DNA of 64,000 nucleotides from Anaeramoeba ignava BMAN (taxonomy: Eukaryota > Protista > Anaeramoebae), in contig JAPDFW010000059.1 of the NCBI GenBank assembly GCA_028826165.1, forward strand, positions 868,001 through 932,000, read 5' to 3'. This document shows positions 23,380 through 35,381 of this stretch, piece after piece; position 1 is the first letter of the stretch; every line of letters begins with the position of its first letter. The notes under the pieces are model-generated. The model was not told the DNA's origin and did no database searches. It saw only the letters and a program-made list of their open reading frames with translations. Made by a program: the position numbers and the translations under genes.

Positions 23380-26300
23380 TTATTTTTGATTTGTAAATTT
23401 AGGTTTGAAATTCTCAATTGTTTCAAAATTTGAATAATAATCTTGATTTTCAATAAATAGTAATTGATTCAATAATTTTATAATTTCAAGAATATTTTTG
23501 GTAAATTCTTTTAAATTTGATATTGATTGATTTTGTAATTTTTCTAAATCTTCAATCAACTGTTTTGAATTATCTTTTTCTTGAAAATATTGTTTAATTA
23601 CATTTTCATTTTCATTTTCATTTTCATTTTGATTTTCATTTTGATTTTCATTTTGATTTTCATTTTGATTTTCATTTTGATTTTTATTTTCATTTTCATT
23701 TTCATTTTCATTTTGATTTTCATTTTCATTTTCATTTTCATTTTCATTTTCATTTTGATTTTCATTTTCATTTTGATTTTGATTTTCATTTTTATTGTGA
23801 ATATATGTATGTAAAATATTGAAAACTATTTGAAAAATTTTGGGAATTTGATAATTAGTTTCATGAAATATCTTATCAATCCAAGGTATAGAAACTTCAT
23901 TTTGAGAATATTTTAAACAAACTTCAGAAATAATTGTAATTTTGTGAATAAAATCTTCTGTATTAATTTTTTGATAATTTTCGTATTGATCTAAAATTGT
24001 GTTGATATTATAAAAATATAAATAAAAAAATAATAAAATAGCTTTCTCTCTGTATTGAGGAAATGAAGCTTGAATTATCAAATCGAAAAAATTATCATTT
24101 GTGGTTTTAAATGATTCAATATCAAAATTTTCTCTTTCTTTGATCAAAAAACTTAATATTAATAAATTCCAATTCCCAAAATTTATACAATGTTGATTAT
24201 CAAAGTCTAAATCTTGAATTGTTTCAATATTTGCCTTGATTTGTGTTGAATTTGCTAAAATTTGAGAGGAAAATATTTCAAATATCAAATAAAGAAGCTT
24301 TTTTGAAGTAATTTTTGTCATACTATTCTTCATAAATTCAGCAATAAAAACGAAATTATTCATTCTTTGGAAAAACAATCTCATTAAAATTTCACGTATT
24401 CTTGTCCTAGAAATATTCAATAAATCAATGACATTACTCAGCGAATTTTCTGTGAAATTGATATCTGATATTGTGACTACAATTTCTGAAAAGAAAAAGA
24501 TGATCAAATTTTCTGAAATTGTTTTGAAATTCAAATTGATTTCTTGTTCTTGAAAACTCAGAAATTTTTTCAAATCATCCTGAGCACAAAACATCAAGAA
24601 AGCTTTGATAAATCGATGAATACGGTCTGTATTCTGATAATCTTGGCTATATTTTCCTGATTCCAAATTTTCTTGTGAAATGATAGCAGCTCTCAACATA
24701 TTGTATAGAAAATTGGTATAAATCTCACTTTTTTTCAAATCTTTTGTTTTGTCAAAATTTCCGACCATTTTTATGAATAAAACTATTAGAATAATTTTAA
24801 ACTCTGAGGATTTCATCGCTTTAATTGATTCCATAATATCGTTAATTGGGATAATTTCATGGATTTTGCTATTTTTCCTAGATATATTAACAATAATTTT
24901 ATTCTCTTTTTTTTCTGTTCTGATTGGATTTACAGTAGATATCAAATTTTTTGCAAAATCAATTATTGAATTGTAGGTACTTTCTTCCACTTCTTTTTCA
25001 GCAGAAATATTTTTGCAAAAGAAATTGATAATTTCCATTCTTTCTTCTTCAGATTGATAGTAAAAAATATTCCACAAAATGGATATAATCAACTTCAACC
25101 GATTCTCACTTAATTGCTGTGATTTTGATGACAAATACACTTCCCAATCAAATTTGTAAAAAGAGGAAATGGTAATTAATGCATTATTTGGTTTTATCGA
25201 TTCAACAAATTCTTGGATAAGTTCTTCATCAACTACAATTTTCGACCAATTGATGTATTTTGTCAGAGCTTGTGAGAATGATTGTGAAATTGATCCCTTT
25301 GGAAATTTTTCAAAATCCAAAAGAAATTGTTTGTAGTCATGAACGAAATTTGTGGAATCAACACATTCTTGAAATTGTTCACAAATATTCTTCATAATTT
25401 CATTTGTGATTTTAATATGATCCAAAAAATGAAAAATTTCTAAAAATTGGAGATAAAGAGTCTTGAATATAAAATAACGGAAAGAAACTTTTGAATTCAT
25501 TTCCATTTTAGATTGGTATTCGAAATTTGTTTCATTGGAAGATTTCATTTGCGAAATGCAATCGCAACTTGAAAGTAAATTGAAAAATTTGATTAAATAT
25601 TTCAATATCGTTTCTGGGAAAACACTGAATAACTGGAAAATATCGAATTGCTTTTTTTCTACATTGGCAAAATCGTTTTCTATAAACAATATATGTGTAA
25701 ACGATGCCATTTGCTCGTTTAAGAATGTTATTGTATAGATAAATTGATCAAAAGACAATTTTGATTTAATTGGAAGTGAAAGTAAAAATTCCCAAAGATT
25801 TGAAATTTCAACTCCATCCTCTAAGAATTTTTTCAGCGAGAATTCGAGGATATTGGTGTAAAATTTTGGGAATTGCGCTTGTAAATAGTTTTTCAATTGA
25901 TTTTGTAGATTGGCTAATTCTGCTAATTTTTTTGGATAAGCTTGATTTTTAAATCTTGAGAAAATGAGCTTGAAAATCAAATGCAGTGTAAAATCCATTT
26001 CTTGATCCTTAGTTTCATTTTGGTTCATTTCAGAATATAAATTGAGGAAAATTAGAACGATGCTTTCAAAATTTTTGTTTGCGAAATTATAAATTGGGGG
26101 AAAGAGTATTGAATAATTATTGCACATTTGAACTAGAATTTGATTTGTCCATTTGATGTGAATAAATTGCATTTTTCTTTTTTGCTCTTCTTGATGACAA
26201 TTTTCCATAAATTTACCCAGAATTTCAAATGCTTTTTCAAGAAAGAAAATTGCAAAAGAAACTTTTTTTGATATCAATGGATATTGCGAAAGATATTTGG

Positions 26301-29300
26301 AAGCTAATAATCTGTTTCTATTTAAGGAATCAATCATTGAAGCCTTTTTCTTAAATGCTGGGAACATAAATAACAAAGATTCTTCTCGAATTTCCAAGAT
26401 ATCAGGAAAAGTAAATGTGAAAATGTGTTTTTCTTGTTCGTTTTTGAAAATTTTGGAAATGAAATTGAAGAAGAAAACATCCATTTTTTTATGATATTTC
26501 AATTTGTTTTGGAAAGATGTTGCTTCGGAAACAAGCAGATCAATGTATTTCCTGAAATCTTTATTTATATCGTCAATAGCATCTATATCATGTTCAAACT
26601 TGATAATTTTGTCAAAGCTCATTTTGAACCATGACAAAATATATCTTCGATCGTAAATTGGGATTTTGTTTCCATTAATTGATATTTCATTTTTGATTTG
26701 ATTTTCATCACCATAATCATCATCATCATCTTCTATATTATTTTCGTTATTTTTGGCTAATGAATCCAAACCATTTCTATGATGGTTTTGCAAAGAATGA
26801 GGAGCGTGTTGATCAGCATTTGAAACTGTTGTTTTTTCCAAATCATTCTCATTGGTAAAAAAGGAAGCGAAAATTTTTTGGTATTCTAATTGCAAAGAAG
26901 ATTGGTAAATTGTGCTTGGTTTATGGAAAAGATCAAACCACAAAAAATTCGATTTCTTGTCAAAAAGATAATTTGTAACGAGAGACATTAATTTCGAGAA
27001 AAAATACTCATCATGGAATTGTCTTTTTTTGCTGTATGCTTGTGAGAAAAGATTTTGGATATCTTTCTGAATCCAGTATTTCATTGAAGAAAAAAGCAAT
27101 CCAAAATCTGATTGTAGATTTGTTGATTCCAAAACAGAATTTTTTGAAATATCCTCAAGTCTTAAAATAAGTTCGTCAAATAAATGATGTTTTGAGTCTG
27201 GATAAAGCATTAATAATTCCGATCCAAACCATCCAATTTTATATGAAAATTTTTTCCTTTTCGTGGGAGATTGTTTGAAATGTTGGATTGGTTCACTATC
27301 GGGATTAATATCGATATTTTTTGAGTTTTCAGCCATAAGACGGAAGGATTGAGTATCTAAACTTTCGAAATACAAGGCAAAAAAAGTTTGCCAAATTAAG
27401 GGCGAAAGAGGATGGTCAGATTGATGGAAACGCACAAAATCAACCCACCAAAATAAATGATTTAAATGAACCGAAATTACTTTTGATTTTATAAATTTGG
27501 CAATTTCTTTTGGTTGCTTTTCAAGAATCTGTTTCCCAATAATTTTTCTATTTGGAACTTCTTGTTTTGTTTCTGCCATTAACAAAACAAATAGAATATA
27601 CGACAAATTGTGAATAAGATTAAGACGTTCTTTGTGGCTCAAATTCTTGCGAAAAATAAACGAAGAGCAATGAATAATTCCAAAGGGATTTTGAGAGACT
27701 TGGTTGGATGACTGGTCTTGGAATCTGTGGATAAAGAACATTTCAACTAATTGATAGAAATCAAATACAAAGGATAATCTTGTTAAATTATTTAAACAGT
27801 AAATTATAGTTGAATTTCGATTCCAATCTTGGAAGGAGGTCAATAAAGAGAGCCAAAATAAAACGATGTTATTAAATTCATTTGAGCAGTCAATTTCATC
27901 CAAATTTTTCTGTTTTATGGATTTGTTTGGATTTGTCCCAATAGATGAAATTAGCATTGTGTAAATAAAATCGCTGATAAACATTTCTGTTTTGCATGAA
28001 GGAGATTGCATATATTCTGTTGGAATTGATTCTAGGCTTATTATTTTTTGGAAATAATCTCTGTAAAGAAATTGGACATTATTCATCAATTTTAGGCAAT
28101 ATTCAAGCGAATTTTCTTCCTGGTTTGTTTCTTGGTTTTCGTTATTTTTTCGCACAGAAATATTGTGGAAAGTTTCTTTAATCAGGAGATATAACACCTT
28201 TGCAAAATAATGAATGGTTTTTTCTTTGATAAACGGTTGAAAAAGTTTATTGCATAGTGTGTCGAGATCCCTTTTTTGATCTTTCAAATAATTTTGGAGA
28301 ATTTTATTGAAATTTGTTGATATGAGAATTGCATAAGAAGATATTGATGTGAGATTTTTGTTGATCTTTTTTTCAAATTGAGAGAAATCCAAAGGCTCTA
28401 AATATCTTTCTCCGTTATTCTTAACAATTTTCAACTGGAGAAATATTTTCCAGCACCATTTATAAAAATGAGCCTGATTTTGTAACGACTGCTTTTTCAT
28501 TTCTAAAGATCTTTGTTCAATTGCTAATAAAATCATTTGGTGAAAATTTGGATGGATATGCAGAGAATCAGAGGAATATTCCCAGTTCAGTTTCTCAATT
28601 ATTTGTGTTGCAGAAGCGAAATGGGGTGTTCCAAAAGGATAATTGATCCATTCTTTGATTATTTGAAAGTGCTTTTTGGAAGGAGACCATAATGCAATGG
28701 GAATTACTAAAATAAAGGAATACATGACTTCCGGTGCTACTGTATTAGGAAGACTATTGTTGATTTGCTCTAAAAGAAACCCTGAATGCTGGTGTTGGTC
28801 TTGCAAAATCTCTTTTGTTGTTTGCAAAAGGGTTTTGAGATAAATTTGGTTGTTGTTGTGGTTCGAACTCGAGATTTTCCAGAAAAATAAAATCAAAGAA
28901 GTGGATAATTTTTCGTTGTTTTGGAACTTTGCCATCTTGCCAAAGATGTAAATAATTGGCACTCCAATATCATAAGGACAGTTGAGCACAAAATTCCCAT
29001 CTTGATTAATTTTGTCTATTTTTTCGCTTGGATTCTCAAAATTTGCTTTTTCAATACGTATTTTTTGATCAGGCTCTTTTTCTAATATTTGAAACATAAA
29101 ATTGATAACTTCCCATGATGTATTTAACGAGATGATTTCGTATGGGATTGTTGTTAAGAAATACATCAAGTGAGGAACTTGTGAAATATTATGGATAGCT
29201 TCAAGAAAAATGCTATCAACAAATTCGTGTTTGCGGGAAATATCGAAAATATTTGATTTAAAAACAGGAGTTGCAATTTCTCTTGAAAAATCAATAATTT

Positions 29301-30689
29301 TTTGAGTGATGATTTTGATTTCGTAAATTGTTGGATCTAATTTTTGGAGAATATCGCCAAAATTTCTGCAAATTTCAAGAACATAATTCTGGAATTGAGT
29401 AAAATCTTTGAATGGATTTGAATTCAAAAAATCAATAAGTTTAGTAAATGGGATATTATTAATAAATTCAATCAAATTAATTTGCATATCATATCCCAAT
29501 GGCTTGTTATTTTTATCTCCATTTTCAAGAATTCTATAAGCCATTGTCAAAGTATCATTGAAAAGACCCAAATTTTCTAAGTTTAAATCATTTGGAAATC
29601 GAACTAATTGCTTTGCCCATTGGATTGAACCAGATGAAAGAAGTATTTCTTGAAACATATATAGTAAATGGCTTGTATTTCCGAAGTAAACCAAGCATAA
29701 TCCCAAGGATACAATTCGATCTCTGATGAATTGGAGAAGTAATTCGAATGAAGAATTTACTAAATTAAAATTTTGATTTTGATTTTGATTTTGATTTTGA
29801 TTTCTTTTGCAATTCAATTTGAAAACCATGATTATCGACATTATCAATGTTAATGCCGATATCATAATTGAAAATTTCCAGATTAATCACAGATTCTTCT
29901 TTTTCCAAATTCTGTGAGGTTGAATTTGTGATTGATTTTGAAGTGATGCCTTCTTTTCTCGATATTTTATTGGAAACAATGCATTCCCAATGAAATAGAA
30001 GTTGGATAATTTCTTGGATTTGGAAAAGAACTTGATTTTGGGATTCTTGGTTGAATTGAGCCATTTGAGAAGATGTATTGATTGAATTGGATTGGCTTTG
30101 TTGAACCAATTGGTTGAAGGAATTGATATTCAGTAAAACTGAGTAAATTAAATAGTCAAATTGAATTTGGAATTTTTGGAAATTGCAAGATTCTTTTGCC
30201 ATATAATCTGACATTAAAATAGTCAAAAGATTAAATTTGGTTTCAAGATCTTTTGCATGAGCATTGTCGAAAAAGGCTGTTTGATAATTGATTTGCTTGA
30301 TATCCCCTTGTATTGCTATTCTTGCAGGAGTTGTGCTAATTTTCCAAAGTTTTGAATTAAATTCTTCAATTTGAGCTTTAAATTCTTGAGAAATTGATTT
30401 GTATTTATCGATTTGAATTGAAGTTTTAAATATGTTTTGAATTGTCTCTTTGAATTTTGCAATTTTTTCCTTTATCTTTTTATTTTTATTTTTTATAAAA
30501 AATTTAGAAAAAAAAAAACAATTTTTCATTTTAAAATGAGTTTGTTTTTATTTTTATAATTTTTTATTATTTTTAATAAGTTTTTGTTTAAAAAAGAATT
30601 GAGATTGAAAACGAAATTAAAAAAATTTTTTTTTAAAATTTTAAATAATATTATTTAATTACGTTTTGATCAAAAGCATTTTGATTCAT
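23380..30689 (-). CDS. EPG5: EPG5 autophagy tethering factor homolog; exons 30689-30663, 30475-29827, 29759-23380
   Basis: ~2370 aa helical protein; HPLSPLIWQTFFALY and IPIALWSPS..IKEW..IIEKLNW resemble EPG5. A 27-nt first exon (MNQNAFDQN) and a 67-nt intron at 29760-29826 restore the frame. Confidence 0.75.
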
Positions 30690-30843
30690 TGAAAAAATTT
30701 AAAAATGAAAAGAAAAAAAATGAAAAATCAAAAAATGGAAATTCAAAATTTTTTTCCCTTTTTATCATTTTCATTTTTTTCTTTTCATTTTTTTTTTTAA
30801 ATTAATTTTAAAAAAATAAAAATAAAATAAAAAATAAAATAAA

Positions 30844-32494
30844 ATGATTTATCAACCTCGTTTTCAACCTTCACAATTTGAAATAAATAATCAAACCAAT
30901 CCTCATCATCCGAATATCAATCAATTCAGAGCAATGAATCCACCACAAACATTGCAAAATTTACGAAACAATCCAACTTTCCCAACACAACAACCCGGAC
31001 TAAATCCAATGCAAATGATGCCAAATGCAATGCAATTAAACCAAATAAATCAGCGAAATCAATTGAACCAATTAATGAATCCGCAAGAACCTCCGGGATT
31101 AGGAGCAACACCAGCGATAATTCAACTTCCGATTATTAATTTGGATGAAGATGAAGATTTTAGTGATGATAGTGATGAAAATATAAACCAAAATATGAAA
31201 ATTGAAAATATTCACGAGGAAATTACAAACAAACAAAATGAGACAGATATAAATCAAGAACAGACAGAGAACAACGGAATTATAATGCCGCATCAAGAAG
31301 ATCAAAACGAGAAAAATCAAGCAAGAATGAATGAAGAAAATTACGGGTATAATCTGAATCAAAAAGAGCTCAGAAGCGAAAAAATGATCAAGAAAATCAT
31401 TAACCCGGATGATGTGGACAGGGTTGTAAGGCAGACGTTTAAAGGAAATGTGGCGCCTACTCCAGCATTGCATACTGTCGCTTCTGTTTTATCACCTCAA
31501 TTGAGAGATTTGTTTCTTCCAAGACCTCCTTTATTAGTGATTCAAGACGACGAGAATAAAAAACCCAAAATATTTACCCCCATCTCGTCTTTATTTAATA
31601 AGATCAACCCAAATCAAAGCGAGAATTCTCCCGATGGAAGACAGTTCTTGACAACTGAGGAAAAAAAGCAAATCAAAAAGCAACAAAAACAAGAAAAAAA
31701 TAAAAAAAGAATTGATGATGAAAAAAAGAAGTGGAATCCTAAAAAGGATCCAAATGCGAAATCCAATCCGCGAAAAACGGTGTTTGTTGGAAGAATAAAC
31801 AAAACAACCAGCGAGCATAGATTGAAGAAATACTTTGAAATTTATGGGAAAGTTCGAAGTGTAAGAATTGTTTATGATAAAGTGACTGGAAAATCAAGAG
31901 GATATGGATTTGTTGAATATGAACATGAACGAGATGCCGAATACGCCCGAAAAGACGCAGACGGGATGAAAATTGATGAGAAAAGAATAGTTGTTGACAA
32001 AGGAAAAAGGGAGAGTGAGTCCCGATTGGGTTCCACAAAGATTAGACAGTGGAAGAATAAACAAAAAAGAGCAAAAAAATGATGATAATAAAAATCAAGA
32101 TAAAACTGATGAAAATCGGAATTCCCACAAGGATTCCCGATACGAAAGAGATTACTATCAAAGCCCCTATCGTGATGAGTCTCCAAAAAGAAGATCTAGT
32201 CATTCTTTTCTTAGAAGTAGGGATGGCGACCATTATGAAGCTCCTAAAACTGATTCAAATAAAAGATATCATAAAGATGATGAAAATTATTATGAAAATC
32301 ATTATGAAAATGATAAATCAAGAACTGAACATAAAAAAAGGCATTCTGATAGGAATAGAAGCAAAGAACACTCAAGAAGAAGTGATAGGCATAGAAGTTC
32401 TCATCATAACGACCAATATTTTGATATTGATAAACCTTCTGACCAACAAAATTTATTTCCTAATTATGGATCAATTAGGGATGATAAATATTAA
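30844..32494 (+). CDS. SNRNP70: U1 snRNP 70K protein with a +1 frameshift at ~32000
   Basis: LSPQLRDLFLPRPPL, WNPKKDPN..NPRKTVFV, RRM with SRGYGFVEY; the conserved EKGR..W.P.RL tail lies in the +1 frame, followed by an R/S/D/H-rich C-terminus. Confidence 0.92.
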
Positions 32495-32726
32495 AAAAAT
32501 ATCAAAAAAAAAAACAATAAGAATTTATTTTCAAATTTAATAAAAAATTTAAAACAATTTTAATAAAAAAAAAGCATTTATTAATGAATTTGTTTTGAAA
32601 TTTAATAATAATAATAATAATAATAAAAAATTTGGAAAAGAATTTTGAATTTATTTTGGATTGTTTTTAAATTTGGAAAGAAAAAAAAAATAACAAGAAT
32701 AATTAATCAATCAATCAATCAATCAA

Positions 32727-35248
32727 TTATTTTTTTTCTTTTTCATCATCTGAATTTTCTTTTTGATTGTTATTGTTATTGTTATTAAAATTTGTTGATG
32801 TTCCATAATCAATTTTAAAAAATTTGGTTTTTTCTGTAACTAAAGATTGAATATAATCATGAACATTTCTTTGAAGATCTGAAACCAAATCATAATTATC
32901 AAGGGTTATAGGGAAATTCTTTTTGAAATCATTCAAATCAAAACGAGATTGTTCATTTTTCTTGCTAATTTTCTTTTGTAATTGCTGAAGAGGAACAGTC
33001 ATATTTTGAACCTTACGGAATTTTTGAATAAGACTATTCGCATCATTTTGAGGCCATTCAATATAAGGAATTTTCAATTTGGGAAGATTATGCAAAAAAC
33101 TTTCATTGACTGTATTATCATCAAAATTAAAATATTGCAAAGTGTAATCCTCAGTTTGGAGTTTTTTGATTAAATCAACAATTGGATCTTCTTGGGAACG
33201 GATATTCATTGAAGTTAAATAACTCATCCAAGAATTTCCTTGAATATCCAATCCAATTAATTTTGATTCAGGAAGTTTTTTAAGAAGTTCGACAAGTGAT
33301 AATCCAAGATAGTTTCTTTGATCTCCTCTTATTCGCAAGTGTTTTACTGGCGAAGTTGGAAGGAAGAGATGAGACAAATGCTTCACGCATTGTTTTGATT
33401 CAGAAGGTTGAAAATTCGCGGAAATTGATAATCGAGTGATCGAATTATTTCCGCATAAAGGTCCTTTATCTGCAAAAAGTATTTGTGCTCCTTTTGCGCC
33501 AAGCAATGTCGAATCTAATAACAGTTCTTTCAGTGTGCTGGAGCGATCTTTTTCAAGACTATTCGCGATTCCTTTTGCTCCAGTTTCCTTAAGTTTATTA
33601 TGGCTTAGATTCAGAATAAAATCATGGAATTCTGCATGAGTTACAATTGATTCGATCAAACTTTGGCATTTATCAGGTGGGAAGTTCGTTGATGAAAGAT
33701 CCAATTCTGAAAGCGCTCTTGACTCCGCAAGAAAGTTTGAAAGTGATTTGTAATCGTTTTTTTGGAACTTGTTTTTGGATATGTTCAGATAGGCAAGCTC
33801 TTTTTTGCAATATTCTTGAATATGTCCAAAAAAGCTTTGCAGTTTTAAATCGCATGAAGAAAAAAATATCATTTTCAAATGGCTTGATTTCAGTGATTTC
33901 AGAAATTCTCCAAAAGCTTCTGTTCCTTTTGTTGAAAATGAATTGTTGGATAAGTTCAAAACTTGTATTCCATGATGGTTTGGATTTTTGGATAAAGTTT
34001 GGAATAAATTTTGAATCACTTTGGGTTTCATCCAGCAAAAAGATAAATCAAGATGTATTAACCCAGAATGGAGCAATTCTATTCCTTTGAAGATATTCGA
34101 TTTCAAATCAAGTAGGTTGAATGAAAGATTCAAATAGTTGATTTGTATTCTTTCATTTTTTTCAAGTTGATTTGCAAATTTTTGGGAAGTAATTTTATTA
34201 TTTGTTCCTGAAACAATCAATATTTTAAGTGATTTGCTCTTCAGTATCAATTCTGTTTCCTCAATTTTGGTAAATATTTGATCGTGGAATCCTGAGATCT
34301 TGATTCCATTGAAAAAGGAATTGAAATTAAATGCAGTTAGTATTGGGTAAATACTTGTTGATTCCATTGTTAATGTTTCTAAAAAATTAAATTGTGTTAA
34401 ATCAAGAAGTTTTTGTTCATATAAATTTGGATTTTCTGCCATTTTTTGAACAAATTGAATCACTTGTTCATTTGGTTTTGAATCATAATAACAACAAAAT
34501 CCTTTATAAATTTTGATAAAATGTTCTCCACTATCAGATTCTATATTGATATCAACATTAATATTTGTAATATTTATAATATTTATAATATTTTTTTTAC
34601 CTAAATTAACTGAAGGAATTCTAATTAATTTCCATTAAAAAATTAAATAAAACAAACAATTAATTTTAATTGAAAGAAAATGAATAATTAAAATTAATTT
34701 ATTTACTGTATTTCTCCTTTTATTATGTCATTACTAATTTGTGTTCTTGTTAAATCTTGATAATTTGTTAAAATTGTAGTTGCAATTTCTTCACATTTTG
34801 GATGAAAAAATTTGAAAACAAAAGAAGGATTAGTAAATTTCAATTCAATCTAAATTAAAAGAAAAAAAATTTTTAATTAAAAAAAAATTTTCATTTAATT
34901 TAATTTCTATTTACATGTTCTTTATCAATAAGATTTAAACTTGAAATATAAGGAAGAAAACCTTCACGACAAATCTAATAAAAGAAGGATTTAAAAGAAT
35001 TTTTTTTTCTTAAAATTAAATTTAAAATTTAAATTTTTTTTTAATACATGAAAAGTTGGATTTTTCTTATTTTTTCCTAAAGTAATAAATAAAAATTCAG
35101 TTAAAATTATAATTCTTTGTTCTGTTCTTCCATATTTTTCTTTATCTTTTAAAACCCAATCAATAAATTGTTCAGTTCCTTTTCCTTGAATAAGTTTTCT
35201 TGCTTTTTTTTTATGAGAATCTTTTAAAACTCTTATTTTCTCACTCAT
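32727..35248 (-). CDS. CARMIL-like PH + LRR protein, paralog 2; exons ~35248-35048, 34975-34916, 34849-34707, 34620-34601, 34540-32727
   Basis: EQRIIILTEF PH-like motif, FIKIYKGFCCYY, AFNFNSFF, LRRs; same exon layout as paralog 1. Confidence 0.8.
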
Positions 35249-35381
35249 TTTTACTTTTTTGCTTTTTTTTTTTGTTTAATTTTCTCACAAATTAAAAAAA
35301 TAAGAAAATGAGAAAAAAATGAAAAAAAAATTTTGTTTTTTAATTTTTTTCATTTTTTAATTTAAAAAAAAAAAAACGAAA

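Noticed and set aside
29760-29865. Apparent frameshift in EPG5
   Set aside because: Resolved by a 67-nt GT-AG intron.
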